A program made the position numbers and the translations under genes. DNA of 64,000 nt from Octopus sinensis (lineage: Eukaryota), in NCBI RefSeq assembly GCF_006345805.1, contig NC_043006.1, positions 10,416,001 to 10,480,000 on the forward strand. Reading direction: 5' to 3'. Shown piece by piece: positions 54,420-64,000 of the stretch (its first letter is position 1; each line of letters opens with the position of its first letter). Below the pieces are notes generated by a model that made no database searches, was not told where the DNA came from, and worked only from the letters and a program-made list of their open reading frames with translations.

Positions 54420-56135
54420 AGCGGGACACACAGAAATTCAGCACAAATTTAACCTAAACGATTGTCAAGAATTAGAGTTGCACTCGTATTGAATTATTGT
54501 TGCACTGAGATGGAAAGCTGCTCCCAGCACTCACAGGCTTGAAAAAGCAATAACAGCAACTTTTCAAGGCAAGGAGCAATTGTTGGGAGTTACTGAAATT
54601 CCAACATGTTCAGGAGAACAGCAAATTATGGCTGTTTCCCAAGCAGTGGAAAAGTGGGGTATAACAAACAAAATTCAGACACTTTGCAATGATACAACAT
54701 CAAGCAACACAAGTCGAGTGAATGGTGCCAGTACAATCTAGAAAAGTTGTTCAATCGCGACCTGTTGTACTTCCCTTGCCGTCATCACAGTTAGTTTTTA
54801 AGAGCTGTTTTGACTCACTGATGGATGCAACTTCTGGTCCACACCTGGCGCTTTTAAAAAGATTTAGAGAAACCTGGAAGAAACTCAACAAGAAATTCTA
54901 CATAACTAGTAGCAATGAAGTACCTGATAATGTCCGCTCTACCATTATTGGGATTTCTTGAATACCACCTTTCTACATAGAAAGAACAACGACATTATTT
55001 CCCAGAATTGTTGGAGTTAACGATGATCTTTCTTGGCGGCATTCCGAAGAACGGGATATCGTTTCATACACCAGGAGTTGTAAGTCATGCTAGGTGGATG
55101 TCAAAAGTATTTAACGCATTCAAAATGTACCTGTTTCAAGATCAATTTCAGTTATTTCATGGGAAGAACTCTTTTGTTTAGGTTAATTCTATGTTCGAGC
55201 CCGGTTTCTACCATCAGAAATAATTAAAGCACTTTATCATTATTTCCTATTCATGCGTGAACTGATAAATTATCAGGATATTGATCCAGAAATCTGTAAG
55301 GCTGCTGCGAAAAAGGTTCCATCCATATCTGATACTTAGGCCCCGAAACTGTGACTCTATCCGTATTTGATGACAATATTCCATCAGAGGTGAAGGAAAA
55401 TATTGCTCAAGTTATGCAAGAGTCAGACAAAGGTGAAAAAGAGTAAGAAGAAGAAAAATCAACTGAAGTGGTATATTCTGCACCAAAATGACTTTTCTTC
55501 CTTTACAAACTTCCTTTACAACATCTTTTGTACTTTTACAACATCTTTTACATCTTTTGTAACTTCACCAGATTTTCTATCAGCACCGGTTTCTTCAGCA
55601 AAAAACATTCAACATAGAAGGATTATCCGAGTTACAAAAGTTGACTTGAAAATCTTGGGAAGACAGTTTTTGTAGATGATGTTGCAGAAAGAGGTGTCAA
55701 ACTCATTCAGGATTACAATAACATTCTAACAAAAGAAAAAACTGTGAAATAGAAGTTGTGTGCTTTATTAAGAAAACCAAATATTTATTAAGTTTTTCAT
55801 CTTATTTCAGGAATTTTTCAAATTAGCTATTAGTAAATTTGATTCATAACGTTTGTAAACATCTGCTGGCATTGTCTGGATGTGTCCATATAAATTTCTC
55901 TACAAAGCAAAACAGAAAATGGTCGAGGAAAGGAATAGTATACCGCTTTTGAACATAATTAATCGTTGCGTATACTATGTTCCAATTCCAAGGCGTTTGA
56001 TGGTCGCATGGCTGGACTCCGATTAAGCTGAAAGTTTGCACACCCCTTTGTTTTGTTTCTTGAAACAGGATTAGGGGTTGGGAGCAGCAAAATTGTAATT
56101 CTCGAAAAATTACCTATTGCTACGAGCCACTCTAA
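54420..56135 (+). mobile_element. hAT-superfamily (hATm-like) transposase pseudogene with probable right terminus
   Basis: H*DGKLLP, EQLLGV, DTTSSNT, CRHH (CxxH), HARWMSK, VAERGVKLIQDY; end GAGCCACTCTAA (reverse complement TTAGAGTGG). Left end not identified. Confidence 0.8.
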
Positions 56136-56147
56136 TGTATTATATAA

Positions 56148-56290
56148 TTCTGACGAAGAGTTCTGCTCGAAACGTTAAATCCTCCTTCTTTCTTTCCTTT
56201 CCTGAGCGTCCAATAACACTATACTTGTTCCACATCCTCGTGTTGTTGTGTTTTTTCTTTGTGTTTTCATGTTTGGATTAACTATATATA
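56148..56290 (+). mobile_element. Dispersed PLE-like terminal repeat with hammerhead (copy 3, 5'-truncated, canonical CTGACGA)
   Basis: CTGACGA-A-GAGT-TCT-GCTC-GAAACGTT-AAAT at 56150-56180. Confidence 0.8.
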
Positions 56291-57639
56291 TATGAACAAA
56301 TAAGTCAGATAGAAAATGCTAAAATAATTTTATAAAGAACTTTTCAGTACCGGTTTCGGACATTTTGAGACCTTTTCAACTGTAACGATTAAATAATTAA
56401 ATTTAGAAAAATTAAAAGAAAAGTTTTTTTAAAGGAATATTTGTATAGTGTTCAAATATAAGTGGCATTTTCCTTCTTTCTCCCTTTATCTCTCTCTCTT
56501 GTTTGTACTTGTGTGTTCGAGGTCATTCATATATATAGCTTGATAGATAGAATACAAAAGTGTAAATTATTTTTAGATCTTATGTAGAAATAATTCGTGA
56601 GTACGTTAAGTGAAATGCAGCAAAATCTTAGACCTAGAACTCTATAAATTCTACAGATTACAAGTGACAGGAAGGGAATTGTAGATACTTAGAATATACA
56701 GACGCGCCTCAATTATTGTTAATTATAGAAATTTGCTGACAAACCTAACCGTATAACGAAAGATATATGCGAAAGTAATTTGTTTATATGCACAGAGATA
56801 CCTCTAAATGTGTGCGTGCGTGTATGCTGGTGTATGTATATGTGTGTGTGTTCGTGCATAATAATCAACAGAAATGTGTAAGCGGTTGCTTTATCAATAA
56901 TATTTAGAAAAATATAGGTAATTCAATAATAATTATTGTTTCTTTGTAAAAAACATGACAAAAGCCAATTGCACTCCCCAGGAGGTGCAGAAAGTGAAAA
57001 GAATCATTGTGGCGTCAGAACCGAAATGTTATAGAACAGGTTATCGTTCCAAATACAGGATGTCGAACTAACGAGAGTGTGATGAGAAAGTTGATAGGGA
57101 GATGGCAACATGTGATGTTCTTCAATCTTTAGCTAAATGTCGGAAAATGGAGATATTTTGTCATTTACAGGATACGGTGAAGCCTAAACATGCAGACAGT
57201 CTATAACATTTCCTGCGGAAACTACATAGGATGTCGTGGAACAATATCAATATATAGAAGAGCGAAATAGATGACCGGAAAGATAAAATTGGATTTGTCT
57301 TTGCTTCTCTATAACCTCGTCATCTCCACATTGTGGATGTTAGTTTGGTAAATGGAATAAATATGTATAGCTAAATTGTATGATTTATATACGCGTGTGC
57401 ATGTGTGCAAATATAGATATAGATATATTCACGTTTAAATATTTCTAAGATATTCCTCTAAATCAATTCGTGTGTGTGTGTGTGTGTGCCTATGTACGTG
57501 TATATATGTATGGATGAATATATGTATATATGAATGTATGTATGCGTATATGATTAAAGAGATTGCATATATTTACGTATCTTGTATATGAAGTTACGCA
57601 CATATAAATGTAGGTAAGTATATGTGTACTTATAGTTTT

Positions 57640-57729
<90 letters not shown>

Positions 57730-58156
57730 GTAATACTAAGCAATAGGGTTCAGCACGAATTGCCTTACCACATACCGAATTTAGAAATAGCAGTCAAAGG
57801 GTTATAGCTATTTCTTCTACTAAAAGGGAGATCTCAGTAAAAACAGCAATTGAAGGCTGACACAAACAGGTAAGAGAGAATGAATTAACCGCAATCTATC
57901 AAACATTTTTAAAGTTATCCACGGACGTACGTTTCGAAATCAAGTTCGAAACGTACGTCCGTGGATAACTTTAAAAATGTTTGATAGATTGCGGTTAATT
58001 CATTCTCTCTTACCTGTTTGTGTCAGCCTTCCAATTGCTGTTTTTACTGAGATCTCCCTTTTTAGTAGAAGAAATAGCTATAACCCTTTGACTGCTATTT
58101 CTAAATTCGGTATGTGGAAGGCAATTCGTTGCTGAACCCTTATTGCTTAGTATTAC
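57730..58156. repeat. 427-bp near-perfect palindrome (arms 209 and 212 bp, 6-nt loop ATCAAG)
   Basis: Manual alignment shows 5 single-base indels and no substitutions; adjacent to (TA)n; outer part homologous to 3118-3347. Confidence 0.95.
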
Positions 58157-59147
58157 TTAAATTTTCCTCAAATGAGGCTTTTACATGCCGAAGACTACTT
58201 GTGTAATTGATAATTATTCCAAATTAATTAATTTCACCCTTCATTATTACGGATATATATATATGTATGTATGATTGTATATACACATTTATGTATGTAT
58301 AAGTAGATGCCAATGCTAATAATCATTTATATATGCGTGACATTTCACTGTATAAACAGGGTCATAAATATTCATACAAAACATACACACGCATATGCGC
58401 ACACACACTCATGCAGTCACACACACATATACATATATATGTGTGTGTGTATGTATACATCCGCATATATATGTGGTTAAGTTTATATACACATGCGCAT
58501 ATACACACTGGTCATAGATATATTATTTTATAATGTATATGTCACTTGTCAGTGTTTGCGTACAGCATTACACTTAATCAAGAATATTGACAGGCCTGGA
58601 ATTAATTTCTTTATCCAAGCATGATGCAACGATGGAAAGTAAAGCATTTACCGAACGACTTACTTTCTGGTAAACCATACCTAATAATCTGACGCCAATA
58701 TCTTCTCTCTAAATCACTGGCATCATTCAGAGAACTACGCTTGACTGATTACTGTATGTTCCAGTCAAATAAATGAGGCGTTACGGTAACCAAAAGCTTT
58801 GTTCTGTTTCAGCACCGTTGTTTTGCATCTTGTAAGAATTAATGCTGAATATTTATTTATTCTCACCAATACATAGCGTTTATGTTAGTATAGCCGCATT
58901 GTATCAAACGAACTGTCCAAAAACTCCAAACTACAAATACACAGACACCACAATCTGTGGTTTGATCTTAATCTGCTATAAAATGGGATAAAACAATCAA
59001 CAGTGTTTTTTTTTTTTTAAATAAGATATGAGAATTTTTCAATGTCTGTGTGACTGTTTACTTTTTTTAACGGCAAGCACTGGTACATAAATATATATGA
59101 ACAGAAATATGTTTGTATATTTAAGTAGGCCAATTGGGACTACCTAA

Positions 59148-59636
59148 TATTCTTTTCTACTCACCCTAGTACGCAACTGATAATTTATCGACCCTGAAAG
59201 GATGAAAGGCAAAGTCGACCTCGGCAGAGTTTGAATTCAGAACGTAAAGGCAAAACAAATACCTATTTCTTTACTACCCACAAGGGGCTAAACAAAGAGA
59301 GGTCAAACAAGGACAGACAAACGGAATAAGCCGATTACATCGACTCCAGTGCTTAACTGGTGCTTATTTAATCTACCCCGAAAGAATGAAAGGCAAAGTC
59401 GACCTCGGCGGAATTTGAACTCAGAACGTAGCGGCAGACGAAATACCAATTTCTTTATTACCGACAAGGGGCTAAACATAGAGGAGACAAACAATGACAT
59501 ACATAAGTATTAAGTCGATTACTCGACTCCAGTGCGTAACTGGTACTTAATTTATCGACCCCGAAAGTATGAAAGGCAAAGACGACCTCGGCGGAAGTTG
59601 AACTCAGAACATAACAGCGGACGAAATACCGCAAAG
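59148..59636 (-). mobile_element. SINE family B head-to-tail trimer (5' head missing)
   Basis: Three units joined at GGTATTT; ends GAGTAGAAAAGAATA. Confidence 0.88.
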
Positions 59637-59802
59637 TGTTTACGTTCTGGCAACTTAGCGATTCGGCAAAAGAGACCGAAAGAATAAGTACTAGGCTTAT
59701 AAAGAATAAGTCCTGGGGTCGATTTGCTCGACTAAAGGCGGTGCTCCAACATGGCCTCCGTCAAATGACTGAAACAAGTAAAGGAGTAAAGAGTAAAGAG
59801 TA
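59636..59802 (+). mobile_element. SINE family A, 3' half
   Basis: CTTAGCGATTCGGCAAAAGAGACCG..GGCGGTGCTCCAACATGGCC..GAAACAAGTAAAGGAGTA. Confidence 0.88.
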
Positions 59803-59994
59803 TACACAGAGACAGACCGACAGAGACAGAGACAGAGAGAGAAAACAAATATATTTTCTTCCACATGAGTAGAAATATAGGCAAAATAGAAGTTAAAAAT
59901 GCAGAGAATATTGAAATATTTTTTTGATATTATATTTAATGATTTAATTTATTTCACAGTTTACACTGATTTTCAAAAATTTGAAATGGAATGA

Positions 59995-60400
59995 TGTAGC
60001 TTATGCAGGCAGCCCCAGCAAGTTGTTAAGGTGAGACAGTGTCACGTGACAACTTGCTGGCGCTACCTGTCGCAAATACTATGCGACAGGTATTTAAAGG
60101 GAGAAATTTGACAAGACAGTCAGTCACCGACTGACACTCGCTGACGCTGCATCGAAGAGGCCAGGGAACAGAAGAAGAAAGAAGACATGCACCCAACACC
60201 AGAGCTGAAGACTCCTCCGAAAGGAGGGGCCCCTTCACCTCAAAACGGTAGAGGAGTAGGGGCGGAAACCGGACGTGGTTTCTCCTGGTGATGTCTTGAG
60301 CTAACTGGATCCTATAAAGGAGCTGTTGTGGTAGCAGAACACCGAACACGGTTCTAATTCCTTCCTCTGTCGCAGCTGTTTTGCTTCTGAGTAAGGTTTG
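59995..60400 (+). promoter_or_regulatory. GC-richer promoter-like island (LTR, retroelement leader or host promoter)
   Basis: GTCACGTGAC E-box at 60041-60050, TATTTAAA at 60091, Inr-like TCAGTC with A at 60122 (31 bp after the TATA start), four hairpins. Confidence 0.45.
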
Positions 60401-60880
60401 AAGCTTGCTCTATTTTCATAGGATGTGCATGGCTCAAATTAGTATATGTTTTGAATAGAATTTGATTGGTTGAGGTTAGCCAGATGATTAGCCTCGGAAA
60501 TTTTTGTAGGTTCTTCGCTATGTCCGTGAGTTAAGGCTGACACGGTTGACTGAACAAGTTTAGTGGTAGCTCTAAACAATCAGTGCTCTGAATGTTTTCC
60601 GTTAAGTGTTTGTAGAGAATGAACACGTGATTAAATTTAGATCCTTCTGTACGTCTTCCACTACGTCTGTGCTTTTGTGTCTCGTGGCAGAATCTTTTGT
60701 ACCAAAAAATGAAGACCGACACGGCTGAGTGAACATGTTTAGTTAGTATCAAATTGTATCTGTCTGGAGGGAGACTAGACAGGGTTGTTTGCATCTAGTG
60801 TATATACTTACTAAAGTTTGTTAAGTCTGGGTTTGTACCTTCGTTTGAATGTATTCTCTTTGTTTATCCGTTCATCCGTG

Positions 60881-61120
60881 GTAAGGCGGCGAGCTGGCAG
60901 AATCGTTAGCACGCCGGGCGAAATGCTTTGCGGTATTTCGTCTGCGTTACGTTGTGAGTTCAAATTCCGCCGAGGTCGACTTTGCCTTTCATCCTTTCGG
61001 GGTCGATAAATTAAGTACCAGTTACGCACTGGAGTCGATGTAATCGACTTAATACCTATGTCTGTCCTTGTTTGTCCCCTCTGTGTTTAGCCCCTTGTGG
61101 GTAATAAAGAAATAGGTATT
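60881..61120 (+). mobile_element. SINE family B, single unit with head
   Basis: GGCGGCGAGCTGGCAGAATCGTTAGCACGCC..GTTCAAATTCCGCC..AAGAAATAGGTATT. Confidence 0.92.
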
Positions 61121-61511
61121 CCCTTTAACAAAGTACATACGCAAATATCTATTCACACACAAAACTCATTCTGCCACCTAACATGAGGAACCTACACAGC
61201 TACAACCTAAACGTTAGCTAATTGACTACATACAAACGAATCCTGTCTACTCTCCCACCAGAGAGACCAGTCATGTGACTATCCTCTACCAGTAAAACCC
61301 TATTCAAAACATATACTCATTTGAGACATGAACTCCTTGTAAAAATAGGGCATGCCTCAAACACTAGTCAGAAGCAAAACATCTGCGACATAAGTCATGT
61401 CTTTCTATTTCAAATTTTTGAAAATCAGTGTAAACTGTGGAACCGATTAGAGCTATAAATATAATATTAAAAAATATTCTAACTAGTCTCAGTGCATTTT
61501 CCATTTCTGTT

Positions 61512-61568
<57 letters not shown>

Positions 61569-61586
61569 CACATATATGTATATATA

Positions 61587-61997
61587 TACTCTTTTACTCT
61601 TTTACTTGTTTCAGTCATTTGACTGCGGCCATGCTGGAGCACCGCCTTTAATCGAGCAACTCGACCCCGGGACTTATTCTTTTTGGATGCTCAGTACTTA
61701 TTCTATCGTTCTCTTTTGCCGAACCGCTAAGTGACGGGAACATAAACACACCAGCATCGGTTGTCAAGCAATGCTAGAGGGACAAACACAGGCACACAAA
61801 CACACACACACACACATATATATATATACATATATACGACAGGCTTCTTTCAGTTTCCGTCTACTAAATCCACTCACAAGGCTTTGGTCGGCCCGAGGCT
61901 ATAGTAGGAGACGCTTACCCAAGGTGCCACGCAGTGGGACTGAACCCGGAACCATGTGGTTGGTAGACAAGCTACTTATCACACAGCCACTCCTGCG

Positions 61998-62000
<3 letters not shown>
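61587..62000 (-). mobile_element. SINE family A, full length
   Basis: Close match to the other full copies. Confidence 0.93.
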
Positions 62001-62039
<39 letters not shown>

Positions 62040-62886
62040 GCATAAATGCGTGGTTGATTTCGAAGTTCTAATCGAACCTCTTCAGCCGATAGCCGTCCCA
62101 TCCTACTGTTACACATAATTTTGTATCTAAAACTTCCGTGAAACTTCTATAATGAATCTTCTCCAATATCTCAAACTAGATGTAAAGGTTTATCACACTG
62201 AACACATCTGCGTGCTTTCAATTAATCTTCTAACCCTCGTTTAATTATATGGACAATAAACTTCATCCACAAAACTATATTAAACCCAAGTTATGAAACT
62301 GACCGCTAATAGTATGAAAAGCAACTTATTTAGAAATCAATAAGTTAATTTTGATCCCAGACATTTCTACCACATAACTGTCATTCTCCTGGAGTGCTGA
62401 TATTAAAAAAATGATGAAAACCTACGTTGGATATAATTTCCGGAGAGGACACTGAAATTGCTCAACTATATAGACACCATTAAAGTTGCCTGCTTTGGCC
62501 CAGTGTAGCCTTAGAGCACATAAATGATATTGAAATGATAAAGTTGGTGAACATATTAATTTATGACAATAATTAATAAGCTAACTTTAGATACTAAAAT
62601 AAATTCTAAATTAAAGCTGACAGTGAAAATATACGCACCTAACATGTAATACCATTTCTGTGCTTTGTCAAACAGAGAACACAGTTTAAAGATACGATTT
62701 CTATTCTTGCAGTGGAAGAAACATTAACGATATGGACACAAAAACAAACTTTGTATAGTATGTATCATAATAAAATAGGTTCTTCAATCGCAGTTTTATA
62801 AGCCTAGAAGACATTAAGTGAGCTAGAAGTTCTAACATTGTCATAGCGAATATTCGGCGACGTCATAACTTTTCTCCAGCTTCTAA

Positions 62887-62930
<44 letters not shown>

Positions 62931-62931
62931 A

Positions 62932-62962
<31 letters not shown>

Positions 62963-62963
<1 letters not shown>

Positions 62964-63130
62964 AGTTCAGCAAAATTTAGATTCAGGTGAATATGGTATT
63001 TAAGTTAAAGGCAACAGAATTTTGTATGGTATTATCCATATAAATCAAATGGGGTGATTATAATCAAAATAAGCAACAAGGATATCCAAGGTAGAGTAGT
63101 ACAATTGTTTCATGCTACTTCATTTTATTA
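62963..63130 (-). mobile_element. Second copy of the 42641 repeat, with possible HHR 3' half
   Basis: Minus strand: GAAACAATTGTAC..GGATATCCTTGTTGCTTATTTTGATTATAAT..CTGAATCTAAATTTT..GAACTTA-(TA)n. Confidence 0.7.
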
Positions 63131-63146
63131 AACTATGTATATATAT

Positions 63147-63352
63147 ATGACCGCGGGTGTACCGTTGGCGATTTTTTTTCCTCTGTTTTCCCTTCTCTGG
63201 ATCTTTCCTTCTCATATGTTTTCGACGAAGAGCTCCGCTCGAAACGTTAAACCCTCCTTCTTTCCTTCTTTCCTGAGCGTCCAATAATACTATATCTGTT
63301 CCACCTCCTCGCGTTGTGGTGTTTTTGTGCTTTCACGTTTGGATTAACTTTA
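63147..63352 (+). mobile_element. Dispersed PLE-like terminal repeat with minimal hammerhead (copy 4)
   Basis: GTTT-TCGACGA-A-GAGC-TCC-GCTC-GAAACGTT-AAAC at 63218-63252; (TA)n on both sides. Confidence 0.85.
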
Positions 63353-63353
63353 T

Positions 63354-63411
<58 letters not shown>

Positions 63412-64000
63412 AGCAGAAACACCCGTCGTTGACAGGACAGAAAAAGGCTACCAGACTTGTACTATGAATATTGAAAGTTATTCACTTAGATATGGCTGTT
63501 AACTTTCATGTAGATGATACTGGTGTATCTTTCCGGCCAATATATAAGAAATGGCTGTCACTTCCCATGTGGACGATAGAGCTGTTTCCTTCAGGTCAAT
63601 ATCATCATGGATGCATATAAACTTCTGATCTCTACTGTTTCGTTTCAGTCTATAAATGAAGCAAACATGTCTAATACAAGATAACTAAATATAAGTTTGG
63701 GGAAAACTAAAAACGTACTGTAATTTATTGAATGTAAGTATTACAACAAACAAAAATACAAATAGGTTTTCTTAGATGAATATAGAATAACAGTGAGAAT
63801 ATCAATATAAAGTTATTATTCATCCAGCCAATATTAGTTTGTTGATCCCATGCTAAAAAAACTCTAATGAACAATTTTTATCAGTGGGGGCAAAAATGAA
63901 AATCTTGTTCTTGTTCCACACTCTGGAGCCCCAACATATAAGAGATTGTGGGAAAAACAGTCCTCCTCTAATTGCAAACTAGAAATTTTCGAAGTCTGTC

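Noticed and set aside
58800-58840. 19-nt plus-strand microexon (TTTCAG|CACC..TCTT|GTAAG)
   Set aside because: Not a multiple of three, no other support, and it overlaps another weak candidate on the opposite strand.
58667-58990. Minus-strand exon with donor GTAAGT and peptide SLNDASDLERRYWRQIIRYGLPE
   Set aside because: In-frame stop just upstream, ambiguous acceptor, no recognisable homology; donor hexamers are expected by chance.
60205-60236. CTGAAGA followed by GAAA as a hammerhead
   Set aside because: The GAAA is the tetraloop of a hairpin; no stem II, stem III or cleavage triplet in HHR order.

Overview
This is AT-rich eukaryotic intronic or intergenic DNA with dense (TA)n, (CA)n, (GA)n, (TAGA)n and (TAA)n microsatellites. 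The SINE types and microsatellite style suggest an octopus (inference; no database search was possible). I see no intact protein-coding gene, tRNA, rRNA or CRISPR array; most ORF-track entries are microsatellite translations. The window is a graveyard of about 45 transposon pieces: four tRNA-derived SINE families, CR1-group and R4/Dong LINE remnants, Penelope-like (PLE) RT and GIY-YIG remnants, Tc1/mariner, hAT, and a Helentron-type HINE. Best leads: (1) several unrelated hammerhead-ribozyme (HHR) families, namely a decayed retrozyme-like tandem array at 28.7-29.35 kb, a dispersed minimal-HHR repeat usually with an unusual C4, and an HHR fused by a perfect 58-bp palindrome to a Naiad-like endonuclease remnant. 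(2) Long palindromes built from PLE-like ends, the largest 427 bp with no substitutions between arms. (3) A SINE and a CR1-group LINE sharing a 39-nt 3' end with two compensatory base-pair swaps. (4) A SINE that appears to have spread as fixed dimers and trimers. (5) A hairpin-rich TATA/Inr promoter-like island at 60 kb. None is proven functional or novel; each has a stated test.
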